A stretch of DNA of 64,000 nucleotides from a virus, in the IMG/VR virus record IMGVR_UViG_3300036790_000178, positions 8,343 to 72,342 of that record; one strand, written 5' to 3'. This document shows, in pieces, positions 27,711 to 37,217 of the stretch (position 1 is its first letter; every line of letters begins with the position of its first letter). The notes under the pieces are model-generated. The model did no database searches and had not been told where the DNA came from. It saw only the letters and a list, made by a program, of their open reading frames with translations. Position numbers and translations under genes: made by a program.

Positions 27711-28730
27711 TCAGTGAGGCATCGACAGCAGGAACACGGTCTCCGGACGGACCGGCCAGCCGCAGGTCGCACGGATCTCGTAGAGCGTATCCACGGCGCC
27801 CAGCGCGAGGGGTACCGTGATCTCGAGGGGCGCCGCCATGTCGGCGTACTGGAAGGAGCAGCCCGCGAGATTCGGTTGCAGCTTCGCGAAAGCGTTGGTG
27901 TCCCACTCCGGCCCGTTCGGCTGCTCCACTTCCGGCATGTGGAGGATCACCATGTCCGCCCCGCCAGCACCCTGACCGATCAGGGTGTCGTCATAGCAGA
28001 ACTCGATGACGTCACCCTCGCAGGTCTTCGCCACTTCCTGCACGACCTGCGCTGTAGTGGCGCTGCCAGCGCCGATGCGCTGGTAGGAAGTGACTTGCAC
28101 GATGTTGACGAGCTCGAGCTGGCCGAGGATCCGCTGAGGTCCGAGGAAGACGAGCCGATGCGGCTTGCCCAACTGGTATGTCGCAGTCTTGAGGTTCAGG
28201 ATCTGCTGCAGCAGCCATATCGACATCTGGCCGTTGTCGTAGTTCGAAACGGTGGTTGCCCCGAACGTATCTGGCGGCAGCGTCACGGCCGTCCCGCCAC
28301 CATTCAGAAACCCCTCGCCGTTGCCGGCATTGACGCCGTAGAGCTCGAGATTGCGCAGCGTCTGGAATATGCCCTCATGGTTCGCGAGGCGGTAGCCTTC
28401 CGCGATGTTGACGCCCCAGCGGCTCATGTTCGCCGCGTCGTGATGATCCCACTCCGCATGCGAGCGGATCCGGTAAGTCGGCGTCGAGATGTATTTCGGG
28501 ACGAGCGTGGCGCCCGGGAGCAGGTTGCCCGCGCCCTGGTTCACGTTCGTGCGGGCTCGGAAGCCGAGTGTGCGCATGTAGACGTACAGGTCCTCCGGAT
28601 CCAGCATGATCCGCGGCTTGCCGTCCGCGACCAACCGCAGCGCCTGGGACGCCTGGTTGATCTGCATGAGCACCCCGGGCTCGATGCGCGAGGGGTGGAC
28701 CTGTGCCCAGGAAGTACCGAGAGTTGCCAT
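27711..28730 (-). CDS. Major capsid protein
   Basis: 339 aa after scaffold and decoration genes; LYGVNAGNGEGFLN and RATCGWPVRPE; strong codon bias. Confidence 0.75.
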   Translation of the reverse strand: MATLGTSWAQVHPSRIEPGVLMQINQASQALRLVADGKPRIMLDPEDLYVYMRTLGFRARTNVNQGAGNLLPGATLVPKYISTPTYRIRSHAEWDHHDAANMSRWGVNIAEGYRLANHEGIFQTLRNLELYGVNAGNGEGFLNGGGTAVTLPPDTFGATTVSNYDNGQMSIWLLQQILNLKTATYQLGKPHRLVFLGPQRILGQLELVNIVQVTSYQRIGAGSATTAQVVQEVAKTCEGDVIEFCYDDTLIGQGAGGADMVILHMPEVEQPNGPEWDTNAFAKLQPNLAGCSFQYADMAAPLEITVPLALGAVDTLYEIRATCGWPVRPETVFLLSMPH

Positions 28731-28748
28731 GTTGCTGTAGCTCCGAAA

Positions 28749-29381
28749 TTAGATCTGAAGGACCACGACGGAGCCGGCCTGATTCCAGGTGGCTTGTCCT
28801 GCCCCGGGGTTGTTCGGCACCACAATCCAGGAGTTGCCGATCTGCACGTCGATGATCTTCGCGTTGCCGTTGCTGGGACCGGGGATCGCGCCCGCATTGG
28901 CGCCCGAGTTGGTGAAGGGGATCACCACCTGGTTGGTGTAGTCCCAGGACAACTGCACGTTGTCGAGGCCGTTGAGCAGCGCGGCGGCATTGGCAGAGGA
29001 GATCGGAAGGGCGATGCAGGCCCCGGAGCCGAACTCGTAGAAGCTCATCCCCATGCCGGGCGAGGCCAGCGGGACGGGCGACTGCGGGGTCTGCACGGGG
29101 GCGGCCGACTGGTCCCACACGGCGAAACCGGTGAGATTCGCAATGGCCGTTGCGATCGCGAGCTGCGGGCCGAGCATCGGCGAGGCTGCCGCCTGCACGC
29201 TCGCGCTGACGCCGATGCCGCCGTAGACGAGGCCGGTGACGGCCGCGGCGATGAAGCCTGCGCGCAGCTTGTAGCGGGAGGCGGGATCGGGGTACGCGGC
29301 GCCCGCGATGTAGCCGTCGGTCGAGACGCCGAAAGTCCCGCTGGCGAAAGTGGTCGGCAGCGGGTTCAAGGTGATGGACAT
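28749..29381 (-). CDS. Capsid cement/decoration protein
   Basis: GYIAGAAYPDPASRYKL motif; lies between scaffold and MCP. Confidence 0.65.
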   Translation of the reverse strand: MSITLNPLPTTFASGTFGVSTDGYIAGAAYPDPASRYKLRAGFIAAAVTGLVYGGIGVSASVQAAASPMLGPQLAIATAIANLTGFAVWDQSAAPVQTPQSPVPLASPGMGMSFYEFGSGACIALPISSANAAALLNGLDNVQLSWDYTNQVVIPFTNSGANAGAIPGPSNGNAKIIDVQIGNSWIVVPNNPGAGQATWNQAGSVVVLQI

Positions 29382-29411
29382 GTGATTCTGGCTCCTGGGG
29401 TGGGGGTGAGA

Positions 29412-30194
29412 TCAGTGCGAGCGGAAGTCGCGGTTGATCTTCCCAAACTTGGTTGCGCCGCCCATAAACCGGCTCCACGTGACGGCCGGATCGCCGAACC
29501 ATTTGGTAATGGTGTGACCGGACTCACTTCGCGTGACCTGCTTGCGAAGCGGGCCGCCGACCGTGATGTTGGCGCTCGAGGCCTCGACCGCATCGTTGAC
29601 GATCGTCTCCTCGATGACCGAGAACGCCGCGGAGTCGTTGACCAACACGCCCAGGTTCGATTCCTTGTAGACCTTGCTGTGCGGCTTGATCTTGCCGAGC
29701 AGGCGCACGCGGTAGTCGCTCAGCGTCTCCCCATTCAGTGCGTGCGGCGCCGGCCCGTAGTTCCAGGCGTGATACGCCGCATCGGCTCGCATCTGCACCT
29801 CGGCGAAGCGGCCCTTGTCCTCATCCGACAAAGAGGCGGGACGGGTGCGCTCGAGCTCGGAGATGCGCTGCAGTACCTCGGCGGGAATGGCGCGGGAAGC
29901 AGCATCGGCCTTCTCCTTCTCCTTGCGCGCCTCCTCTTCGGCATCCGCGCGAGCCTTGTCCGCTTTCTCCTTCTCGGCCTTCTCCGACGCCTCGGCATCG
30001 GCGCGGGCCTTGTCGGCCCGATCCTTCTCCTCCTTCTCCTTGCGCTCATCCGCATCTTTGCGGACGGAGTCAACGCACGCCTTCATGTCGGCGGCGTCGG
30101 CGCGATCCTTCTTGTGCTCGGTCTCGATCGAATCGATGCGAGCGTTGATGCTATCGAGCTTCGTCAGGACCTTGTCCAGCTTGTCTTCGTCCAC
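29412..30194 (-). CDS. Capsid scaffolding protein
   Basis: Charged coiled coil with ADKARADAE repeats; PLNGETL.DYR.RLL-like motif. Confidence 0.7.
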   Translation of the reverse strand: MDEDKLDKVLTKLDSINARIDSIETEHKKDRADAADMKACVDSVRKDADERKEKEEKDRADKARADAEASEKAEKEKADKARADAEEEARKEKEKADAASRAIPAEVLQRISELERTRPASLSDEDKGRFAEVQMRADAAYHAWNYGPAPHALNGETLSDYRVRLLGKIKPHSKVYKESNLGVLVNDSAAFSVIEETIVNDAVEASSANITVGGPLRKQVTRSESGHTITKWFGDPAVTWSRFMGGATKFGKINRDFRSH

Positions 30195-30281
30195 AGGTTG
30201 TTACCTTTGGGTGATACGCGGCAATGCCGCACCGATGGCGCACGCCGCGCGGTGTGCGTCAGAATTGGGAGGAGAGAGAAT

Positions 30282-31445
30282 TTAAGCGCAGCGCGCGTTG
30301 ATTTCGCGCGTGTAGAGTCTGTCGAGAATGACATCGAGCGGGTCGAGTTGCTGAGAGTCGATCACGGCATCGACGCCGTAGGGCTCGAGCCCCTTATCCC
30401 ATACGCCCGCCCCTCCCGGGGGGATCAGGGCAATGTGATCCAACAGCCGCGGCTTCCCCTCGATGAGAAGATGCGAGCCATCGTCGAGCTTCTTCGAGAT
30501 GCTGGTATGGAGCCGCACGCCGGGCGAAGTCGACCAGAGCTTGTCATTCGCCAAAGACTCCGCCGTTTCCTGATCGTAGATCTTGGCGACGCCCCAGACC
30601 TCGTCATCCCTGATGAACGGCAGCATCACGCTGCCCACCGTGCGGCTGCTGAACTCCTTGGAGTTGAGCATCCGACCTTTCGGGTGCTCCCAGATCACGA
30701 TGAGACCCTGGCAGCGCTGCAGGAACTCATCGTTCAAATAAATCGAGGCATCGCGCCAGACGTACTCGTCGAGTCCGGACCGATAGGCCGCGCCGGTGCC
30801 GGTGATCCGGATCGCGACGAGCAGCACGTTGTCGTACTGCTGCGGGCTCACGAGATCGCCGGTCACGATCGCCTTGGCGATGCCGAGCTCGTCCATGGCG
30901 AAACGCTTCAGCGCCACAGCTGCGCCGGGATGCAACGGCAGGCTCGAGAGCGCGACGGTGATCGGCGCCCAGGTGAAAAGGTCGTGCTCGGCGTTGAGCT
31001 TCGGAATGAACTTCTCCGCCCGCGCGACGAAGTTGGTGAAGTCGACGCCGTCTTTGATGCGGCGCGTCCATACCGTCAGAGGCCCGCTGTAGTCCATCGC
31101 GGTCTCTTCGATCGTCTCGCGACGCGCGCACTCCTCGGCCGACTCGTCTCCCTCGAGGCCGCCGCCTGGGAAGGCCCACTCGCCGGCATGGTCTCGTCCG
31201 GTGCGGCGCATCAGCAGGACCTGGCCGTCCTCAGCGACGAAGAGAATCCCCGCGGCGCGCAGCGGCTCACCATCCGCCGGCGGCGCCGAAGGCGAGAGGT
31301 CGCCAGGCTGACCGGCATCGGTCTCGTCCCCGCGTTGCTTCGCGTACGCGATCGCGACTGCCTGCTCCTGCGGCTTGCCGGCCTCGATCTCGGTTTTCAC
31401 GTTCTGCTCAAACGCGGCGCGCGATTTCCCAGACTCAAGCGGCAT
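30282..31445 (-). CDS. NUDIX hydrolase fused to DUF2213-like prohead protease domain
   Basis: Nudix box GGGLEGDESAEECARRETIEET; IWEHP, STSPGV and LDHIAL...GVWDKG motifs. Confidence 0.8.
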   Translation of the reverse strand: MPLESGKSRAAFEQNVKTEIEAGKPQEQAVAIAYAKQRGDETDAGQPGDLSPSAPPADGEPLRAAGILFVAEDGQVLLMRRTGRDHAGEWAFPGGGLEGDESAEECARRETIEETAMDYSGPLTVWTRRIKDGVDFTNFVARAEKFIPKLNAEHDLFTWAPITVALSSLPLHPGAAVALKRFAMDELGIAKAIVTGDLVSPQQYDNVLLVAIRITGTGAAYRSGLDEYVWRDASIYLNDEFLQRCQGLIVIWEHPKGRMLNSKEFSSRTVGSVMLPFIRDDEVWGVAKIYDQETAESLANDKLWSTSPGVRLHTSISKKLDDGSHLLIEGKPRLLDHIALIPPGGAGVWDKGLEPYGVDAVIDSQQLDPLDVILDRLYTREINARCA

Positions 31446-32280
31446 ACGCCGGGCTCCTCAAGTGTTTGCGCGCCTCGAGGAGCGCTTCTTTACCTTTCGC
31501 AGTGATCATCTCTGCGGGCAGGTCACGCAGCGAATAACCGTATTCGTAGTAGCAGGAGCAGAACACCGGGCCGCCCGGCGCATCGACCTGGTCGGTGTAC
31601 TTGTGTCCGGCCAGCTTGATCAGGTCCTTGCGCAGCGCCCAGTTGTCGCGGATCACGAAGATCTCGCCGTCCATTGCGAGATGTTCCGGACGGGACTGGT
31701 AGCCCGCGCTCGGATGGATGTGCCGCCAGGTGCCGACGATGGCGCCGCCGTCGACGGCGATGATGTCGTTCAAGGAGCTCGCGAGCTTTCCGCCCTGGTC
31801 GATCACGACGCGTCGCTCCTCGAACGGAAGGCCGGCGATTGATCGGCGCACCTTCTGCGCCTCCTCGCCCCTCTTCACGACATCACTGCCGCCCGCGGGG
31901 ATCGAGGTCGCCCAGCCCGAGAAGCGCTGCAGCGTTCGCTGAATCGAGGCCTCGCGGTTCAACTTGATCAGGTTCGCCGAGGCGAGGATGCGTCGATCGA
32001 GTTCGGCCCGAAGTTTCGGCGTCAGCATCTGCACCGTGAAATTGCTGACGCCTGGCTGCACCTTGGCGAGCCGGCCCGTGGCGAGTGTGCGGGAATAGGT
32101 GCGTTCCAGCACGTCCCGCAGATTTCGCTCCAGCACCGATGCCGGCACCAGGCATTCCACCGCCGCGGCGCGCAGCTCGCGCATCCACCGCTCGACGCGC
32201 TCCTGGCTGTCGAAGCCGTGCTCAGAGAGGTCGGCGATCGCGGCGGAGATGACCTCGTAGAAGCGGGCTCGATTAGCCAT
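31435..32280 (-). CDS. Head morphogenesis protein (MuF/SPP1 gp7-like)
   Basis: WRH......YQSRPEHLAMDG and PGGPVFCSCY motifs. Confidence 0.75.
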   Translation of the reverse strand: MANRARFYEVISAAIADLSEHGFDSQERVERWMRELRAAAVECLVPASVLERNLRDVLERTYSRTLATGRLAKVQPGVSNFTVQMLTPKLRAELDRRILASANLIKLNREASIQRTLQRFSGWATSIPAGGSDVVKRGEEAQKVRRSIAGLPFEERRVVIDQGGKLASSLNDIIAVDGGAIVGTWRHIHPSAGYQSRPEHLAMDGEIFVIRDNWALRKDLIKLAGHKYTDQVDAPGGPVFCSCYYEYGYSLRDLPAEMITAKGKEALLEARKHLRSPAYAA

Positions 32281-33808
32281 GTGCCGCGGCCGAGAGGAGC
32301 GCTACGGCACCGCGCATCCTTTCGCGCGAACGGCCGCCGGCGCTGTCGATCTTGGCCATGCGATGCACCTCGCCATTGGCCTCGAAATCCCGGTCCTGAT
32401 CCGCCTCGTTGCGCGTCGCCCGCTTCTCGAGGTGTGCCTGCAGCTCCTCCGGATCCACCGCGAACGAGTACGGGAAGAGCCGCTTGTTCTCGCTGATATT
32501 GTCGAGCGCCGCGGTGAGCACGATCATCTGGTTCGCGGGATCCAGCTTGTCGAAAATGGTTTCGATCAGATAGATCGAGGCCTCGAACTTCACCGAGTCG
32601 ACCTTGACCTGCTCGCTCTCAGGCTCGACGAGGAGCGACGGCCACTGCGCAGAGAAAGCGCGGCACCATTCGGTGAAGGCGAGTTCGTGCGACTTCGTGC
32701 CGTACTGATCCGGATAGTTCGTCTGGATCAGCTTGTAGAAGTCGGGGCGCATCCAGGCGCGGTAGCGGACGATGTCGTCGTGCCACTCGTAATCCGGTTG
32801 CATCTCGAGCCGGACGCCATCGATGTAATTCGCGATGTTCTTGGCGTCCTCGGTGCCCTCCGCCATCCCGCCAATCATGGTCTCGTTCTCGAGGAGCTTG
32901 GCGGGCATGTCGCCTGCGGTCGCGGCGTTCTTGAGGATGTTGTTCCTGGCGAAGGTGCCGGCGCCGTCGACGTTCTGCATGTTGAGCGTGGCGACATCCT
33001 CGCTCACATCGATCTGCATGACCTGGCCGACACGGGCCGACTTCAAGAGGACCCGCTTGATGGCCGCAATCGCCGTCATGACCTTGTTGACGACCGAGCC
33101 GGGCGACTTCATCTTGGCGACGAGAAGGCCGTTCTTCGTCGCGATCATATCGTCCGCGATCATCGTCTTGATGAACGACTTCAGCGGGAAGAGCGCGCGC
33201 TGGTACACGGAGCGGCCGGTGAACCCGAAGCCCGAATCGGTGTACGCGATGTAGATCGGCTCCTCGTTCTGCGCGACGCGGTAACGGGAGCGGTGATAGG
33301 TCTTGCCGGCGGCGGTGACCTGCGTGACCTGGTTGAAGTCAGGCGTGTTCGGCACCTGATTCATGATCACGGAGCCCGAAATATTCAACGGGTCGAAGAC
33401 GTTGAAGTAGATCGGCAGATCCCAGAGCTGGCGCATATCGAGCGGCTGGTCGGTCGGCTTATCCTTGCAGCCCAAGACCAGGGCGGAGACACCGTAGACG
33501 CGGGCCAGGCGCTTCAAGTTGAGGATGTTGGTGTCGCATTTGAGCTCGCCCCATACCCGCAGGAATTCCTGCGCGACCTCGGGAGGTGCGCCCTGCACGG
33601 TGATCGTGCGCGGCTTCCACTGCGCCATCCTGATCGGGGCCTCGGCCATCTTGGCGCCGAGCGGATGATAGAGCAGGATCAGCTTGCAGAGATCGTAGCT
33701 CGGATTCGTCCCCGGCACGATGTCATCGGCCATGAGGATCCGCATCAGCGCGGACTTCGTCGTCTCGTCGTCCGAGGCGCCGAGCTGCTCTATCGTGGCG
33801 GTCGCCAT
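32273..33808 (-). CDS. Portal protein (DUF1073-like)
   Basis: 511 aa after terminase; YHPLGAKMAEAPI, FGFTGRSVYQRA and EGTEDAK motifs. Confidence 0.8.
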   Translation of the reverse strand: MATATIEQLGASDDETTKSALMRILMADDIVPGTNPSYDLCKLILLYHPLGAKMAEAPIRMAQWKPRTITVQGAPPEVAQEFLRVWGELKCDTNILNLKRLARVYGVSALVLGCKDKPTDQPLDMRQLWDLPIYFNVFDPLNISGSVIMNQVPNTPDFNQVTQVTAAGKTYHRSRYRVAQNEEPIYIAYTDSGFGFTGRSVYQRALFPLKSFIKTMIADDMIATKNGLLVAKMKSPGSVVNKVMTAIAAIKRVLLKSARVGQVMQIDVSEDVATLNMQNVDGAGTFARNNILKNAATAGDMPAKLLENETMIGGMAEGTEDAKNIANYIDGVRLEMQPDYEWHDDIVRYRAWMRPDFYKLIQTNYPDQYGTKSHELAFTEWCRAFSAQWPSLLVEPESEQVKVDSVKFEASIYLIETIFDKLDPANQMIVLTAALDNISENKRLFPYSFAVDPEELQAHLEKRATRNEADQDRDFEANGEVHRMAKIDSAGGRSRERMRGAVALLSAAAHG

Positions 33809-33815
33809 GAGGCCT

Positions 33816-34193
33816 TCAGTTCAGTCCCGCGGCCCGAACGATGTCGAATTTCACGCGGGCGTAAAACACAGCCCCGTTCTGATCCGTCACCTGAAAGAGC
33901 GCCTGGTGCGTCTCGGACTGGCGTGACGCATTCACCATGGCGTTCTGAGCGGAGCTCACCGTCACGGTATTGACCGCCGCGGGAGTGAGCGAGGTCCACG
34001 CAAGGATGTTCTCCAGGCTCTCGATGTCATCGAGCCGGTAGTTCAGGAACTTCGGAACATAGGAATTGCCCGCCGCATCGAACCAGGATGCCTGCAGCAT
34101 GCACGCCGACTCTTCGGTAAAGGCCTCTTCCGCGGCCTGCGCGCCCGATTGCGAGATCGCGATGACTTCGGCGTATCCGTATGAGGTGGCCAT
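33816..34193 (-). CDS. Hypothetical beta-rich virion protein
   Basis: Fills the gap between TerL and portal in the same orientation. Confidence 0.6.
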   Translation of the reverse strand: MATSYGYAEVIAISQSGAQAAEEAFTEESACMLQASWFDAAGNSYVPKFLNYRLDDIESLENILAWTSLTPAAVNTVTVSSAQNAMVNASRQSETHQALFQVTDQNGAVFYARVKFDIVRAAGLN

Positions 34194-34201
34194 TGCGGAA
34201 C

Positions 34202-35779
34202 TCAGAAGCCCTCGGGGTTGCCCAGTGACATCGCGATACCGTAGCTCCAAGCATCCAAACAGTCGTCCGCCTTCATGTCCTTGTCGCCTGGGACGAAGGC
34301 GAGGATCTGCGACAGCAGGTGGTTACGATTCGAATCCTTGTAGACCACGGTCTTGTCGTGCGCCTCCTGGCATATCACCACCTGGCCGGCATACACGTAG
34401 CTCTCGATCGAGAGGCAGCGCTCCGACTTGCCCATCTGCGTGAGCTTGGATTCGATGGCATGGGCGTCCCAGTTGCTATTCCTCGCATGCTGCAGCGCGA
34501 TCGTCCCGGACGCGCGGTCTTCGATGAAGACGCCGATCGATCCCTCGATGGCGCCGCATTCTCGAGAGAGTTGCTCCAGCCGCTCGTAAACGCTCGGCAA
34601 CCACTGCGGCAACATCACGCCCTCCAGCTGCGTTAGATGCCAGTCGAGGATGCAGAGCGAGACCCCATCCTGCCCGGTGTGCGGCACGAAATGGCGCGTA
34701 TATCCCCAGTACACAACGGCAAGTCCGTCGTGCTCCTTGCCGGTCTTGTTCGCGGAATCGATGGTCGCGAACACGCAGGAGACGTGCTTTGGTCGATCGA
34801 CGGGCCGTCCCTCGTGGAGCAACATCTCGAGCTTGAAGTGCGCGCCCTCAACGGCGCGGGGGCGCTGCTGGTAAAGCGAGTTCCACGTCCGTGGGATCCG
34901 TTCGTGAGCGCGCCAATGCTCGCGATCGAACCAATCCGCCCAGAGATATTCTCCGAGCTGCCGCTTCAGCGGATCGGTGGTCGTTTCGCACTTCGCCTGC
35001 AGGCAGAGCACTTCCCACTGCCTGCCGTCGCGGCATTCGAAAATTCCGCTGTCGCCGTTCCAGTCCTCGGGAAGGATTCGCCCGGCGATGTCATCATGCG
35101 CCCATCGCGTCATGATGAGCACGAGCCAGCCCCCGGGCACGAGACGCGTCGAGATATCGTCCGTGTAGGCTTCCCAGGTCGTCAGCTGGACGTTCTCGCT
35201 CTGGGCTTCCTTGCGTCCCTTCACCGGGTCATCGATCACGGCACCATCCGCTCGGTAGCTCGTGACAGATCCCAGGATGCTGGTCGCGAGGTACTCGCCG
35301 CCGTTGCTGAGTGAGAACTGCTCCGCGGCGCTTGATTCCTGAGAGAGATCGGCGCCGAAGATCCGTCGATACCGCGCCTGGCGGATGATGGAGCGCGTCC
35401 TTCGTCCCATGCGCTTCGCCGGCAGATCGCCGTAGCTTGCGAGCAGCAACCGCCTACCAGGTACGGCACCGAGGTAGTGGCTGGGGAACACCACCGAGGC
35501 GTAGCTCGTCTTGGCCGAGCCCGGCGGCGCGAAGATCAGTAACCGGCCGTAGCGCCTCGCCGCAGTGCGGGCCATCGCCTCGAGGATGATGACGTGGTGC
35601 GGCGCGAGGTTCGTCTCGACCGGCGCGAATAGTTCGCAATCGGGGTCGTCGGGATCATCCGATAGCGGACGGCCCGGGACTTCGATGATCCCGGCATAGG
35701 TGACGACGTCAGTTCGGGCCCGCCGGCGGTTTAGCAGGTGCTGGGCGGCCGCCTGCGGCGATAGCTGCAAGCTCTTCAT
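34202..35779 (-). CDS. terL: Terminase large subunit
   Basis: APPGSAKT Walker A; VIDDPVKG Walker B; IMTRW; SLYQQRP; IEDRASG; DDCLDA nuclease motif. Confidence 0.92.
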   Translation of the reverse strand: MKSLQLSPQAAAQHLLNRRRARTDVVTYAGIIEVPGRPLSDDPDDPDCELFAPVETNLAPHHVIILEAMARTAARRYGRLLIFAPPGSAKTSYASVVFPSHYLGAVPGRRLLLASYGDLPAKRMGRRTRSIIRQARYRRIFGADLSQESSAAEQFSLSNGGEYLATSILGSVTSYRADGAVIDDPVKGRKEAQSENVQLTTWEAYTDDISTRLVPGGWLVLIMTRWAHDDIAGRILPEDWNGDSGIFECRDGRQWEVLCLQAKCETTTDPLKRQLGEYLWADWFDREHWRAHERIPRTWNSLYQQRPRAVEGAHFKLEMLLHEGRPVDRPKHVSCVFATIDSANKTGKEHDGLAVVYWGYTRHFVPHTGQDGVSLCILDWHLTQLEGVMLPQWLPSVYERLEQLSRECGAIEGSIGVFIEDRASGTIALQHARNSNWDAHAIESKLTQMGKSERCLSIESYVYAGQVVICQEAHDKTVVYKDSNRNHLLSQILAFVPGDKDMKADDCLDAWSYGIAMSLGNPEGF

Positions 35780-36218
35780 CAGTGAGATCGTCGACGCCTC
35801 GCGGCAGGAGTGGGGTGCCGTTCTTGCCTGTCAGCTCAACCCTCTCCGTACCTACGACTCCGCATGCCTTCGCCAGCAGCTCGTTCGCGCGGTTCGCGCC
35901 CGCAGAGTCGAATTGATATTCGCCGGTGGGTTTGCCGTCGCGATCGCGCACGGGTTCGGCGGTCATGCAGCGAAGCTTGATTTCCTTCGCATCGAGGAGG
36001 ACCTGCAGCCGGGTGATGCCAGCCTCCTCTGCGGTCAGTTGCTCGAGTTCACGGATCGCCGCGCCCACCTGCGGGATCTGCTTCCATCGCCAGCCCTGCT
36101 GTTTCGGGCAGCGCGCGCGGGGCCGCACCAGCCTCACGGCTTCCGCGGCGGTGCGGCCCTCCGCGATCGCCTCCGCAAAGCGTTTCAGGCGCGCCGGAAG
36201 CTTGAGATAGTTCTCCAT
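35709..36218 (-). CDS. terS: Terminase small subunit
   Basis: HTH-like N-terminus; GANRANELLAK and ELTGKNGTPL...LTDEEL motifs; overlaps TerL. Confidence 0.8.
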   Translation of the reverse strand: MENYLKLPARLKRFAEAIAEGRTAAEAVRLVRPRARCPKQQGWRWKQIPQVGAAIRELEQLTAEEAGITRLQVLLDAKEIKLRCMTAEPVRDRDGKPTGEYQFDSAGANRANELLAKACGVVGTERVELTGKNGTPLLPRGVDDLTDEELAAIAAGGRPAPAKPPAGPN

Positions 36219-36499
36219 CTTGGAGCCAGATCAGCCCGCGTGTCCGAACCGCGGTGTCCGCACCATGCCGCTCGTCGACTGGCCGGACTGTGACGGCCAG
36301 AGCGTGCGGACCTGGTGGCGCATGGCTGCGCGCTGGATGGCTGCCTGCGCGACGGCGCGCGCATAAGCCGGCGTTTCCCGGTAGGGGACGTTTTCGAGGT
36401 CGCGGTACATGGTGGGGGCCACGGCAAAAGGCGCCCGTCGCCCTGGTGGGCGCGAGCGGAGGTCTGGGTAGAAGGCGTCAACAGACGCGGAAGCGCGGC

Positions 36500-36859
36500 C
36501 TACGCGGCACGTACGGCGCTACACCTGAGAATTCTGGTTCTGGGAACGGTGATCTCGACGTTCACGCGCGCGACGCTTCTTCGGCCGAGAGAGTCGGTAA
36601 TTTCACATTGAGCTACGCCAGATGCCCTGCGGGAGTCGAGCATGGCAAATGCTGTTTCGGCTTCAAATGGAGAAACAATCGCGAGTCCCGATCCGCCGGA
36701 AACCCAGGACCACTGGTAGGTGTATGGGTTGAAACCGAACGGCAGTGTTGCTGCCTTCCGTGTCGGCGGCACAATCACCGGATCGATCAGGCCGCGCCAT
36801 GGTACGAGTGGCGCTCCGGCTGCGCCGGCAAGCGGGCTAATGAAGCCGCGGCGGTTCAA
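36500..36859 (-). CDS. Small protein with twin-Arg-like leader and one Ig-like repeat resembling those in 13062..15209
   Basis: TTG overlaps the upstream TGA, with GGAG SD; MNRRGFIS leader; YTYQWSWVSGGSGLAIVSP...AQCEITDSLG. Confidence 0.6.
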   Translation of the reverse strand: MNRRGFISPLAGAAGAPLVPWRGLIDPVIVPPTRKAATLPFGFNPYTYQWSWVSGGSGLAIVSPFEAETAFAMLDSRRASGVAQCEITDSLGRRSVARVNVEITVPRTRILRCSAVRAA

Positions 36860-37107
36860 TCGTTGCTCCACGTATCGACGTGCCGATGACGGCACTCGAC
36901 GTAGGTGTCTTTGTCGTTGCTGCCGGCGTAGTAGATACGGCCGGCGCTCGTGAGCGGCATCATGCCGGCGGCGCCATACTCAAGCTGCATCTGGTGCTGG
37001 CAGTCCGCGAGCGACGCATAGACCGGTGGAGGCGGGTCACTCGGTAGGTACGTGCCGGCCGGTTGGCACTGGCCGTAGACGCACATGAAGATCGCCCAGA
37101 TGGTCAT
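36856..37107 (-). CDS. Small Cys-containing hypothetical protein
   Basis: MTIWAIFMCVYGQCQ, YASLADC and YVECR motifs. Confidence 0.55.
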   Translation of the reverse strand: MTIWAIFMCVYGQCQPAGTYLPSDPPPPVYASLADCQHQMQLEYGAAGMMPLTSAGRIYYAGSNDKDTYVECRHRHVDTWSND

Positions 37108-37217
37108 CGCGTTTCTTCGACGCACACGTTTCCTACGTAGGTCGCCGAGCTTTATGGGCCTGGCTGTTCGTATTGTGGGATCGCGGAGCAAAGCTCCCGG
37201 TCCATGGGGAGGCGATC

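Noticed and set aside
27714-31505. Very long + strand ORFs antisense to late genes (1263 aa; also 22169..23884 and 32279..33973)
   Set aside because: Shadow ORFs produced by high GC3 on the opposite strand. They have no motifs, and the - strand genes are clearly real.
32273-33808. Possible anti-CBASS (Acb1) label sometimes attached to DUF1073 proteins
   Set aside because: No 2H-phosphoesterase HxT motif pair is seen. Size and position indicate a portal.
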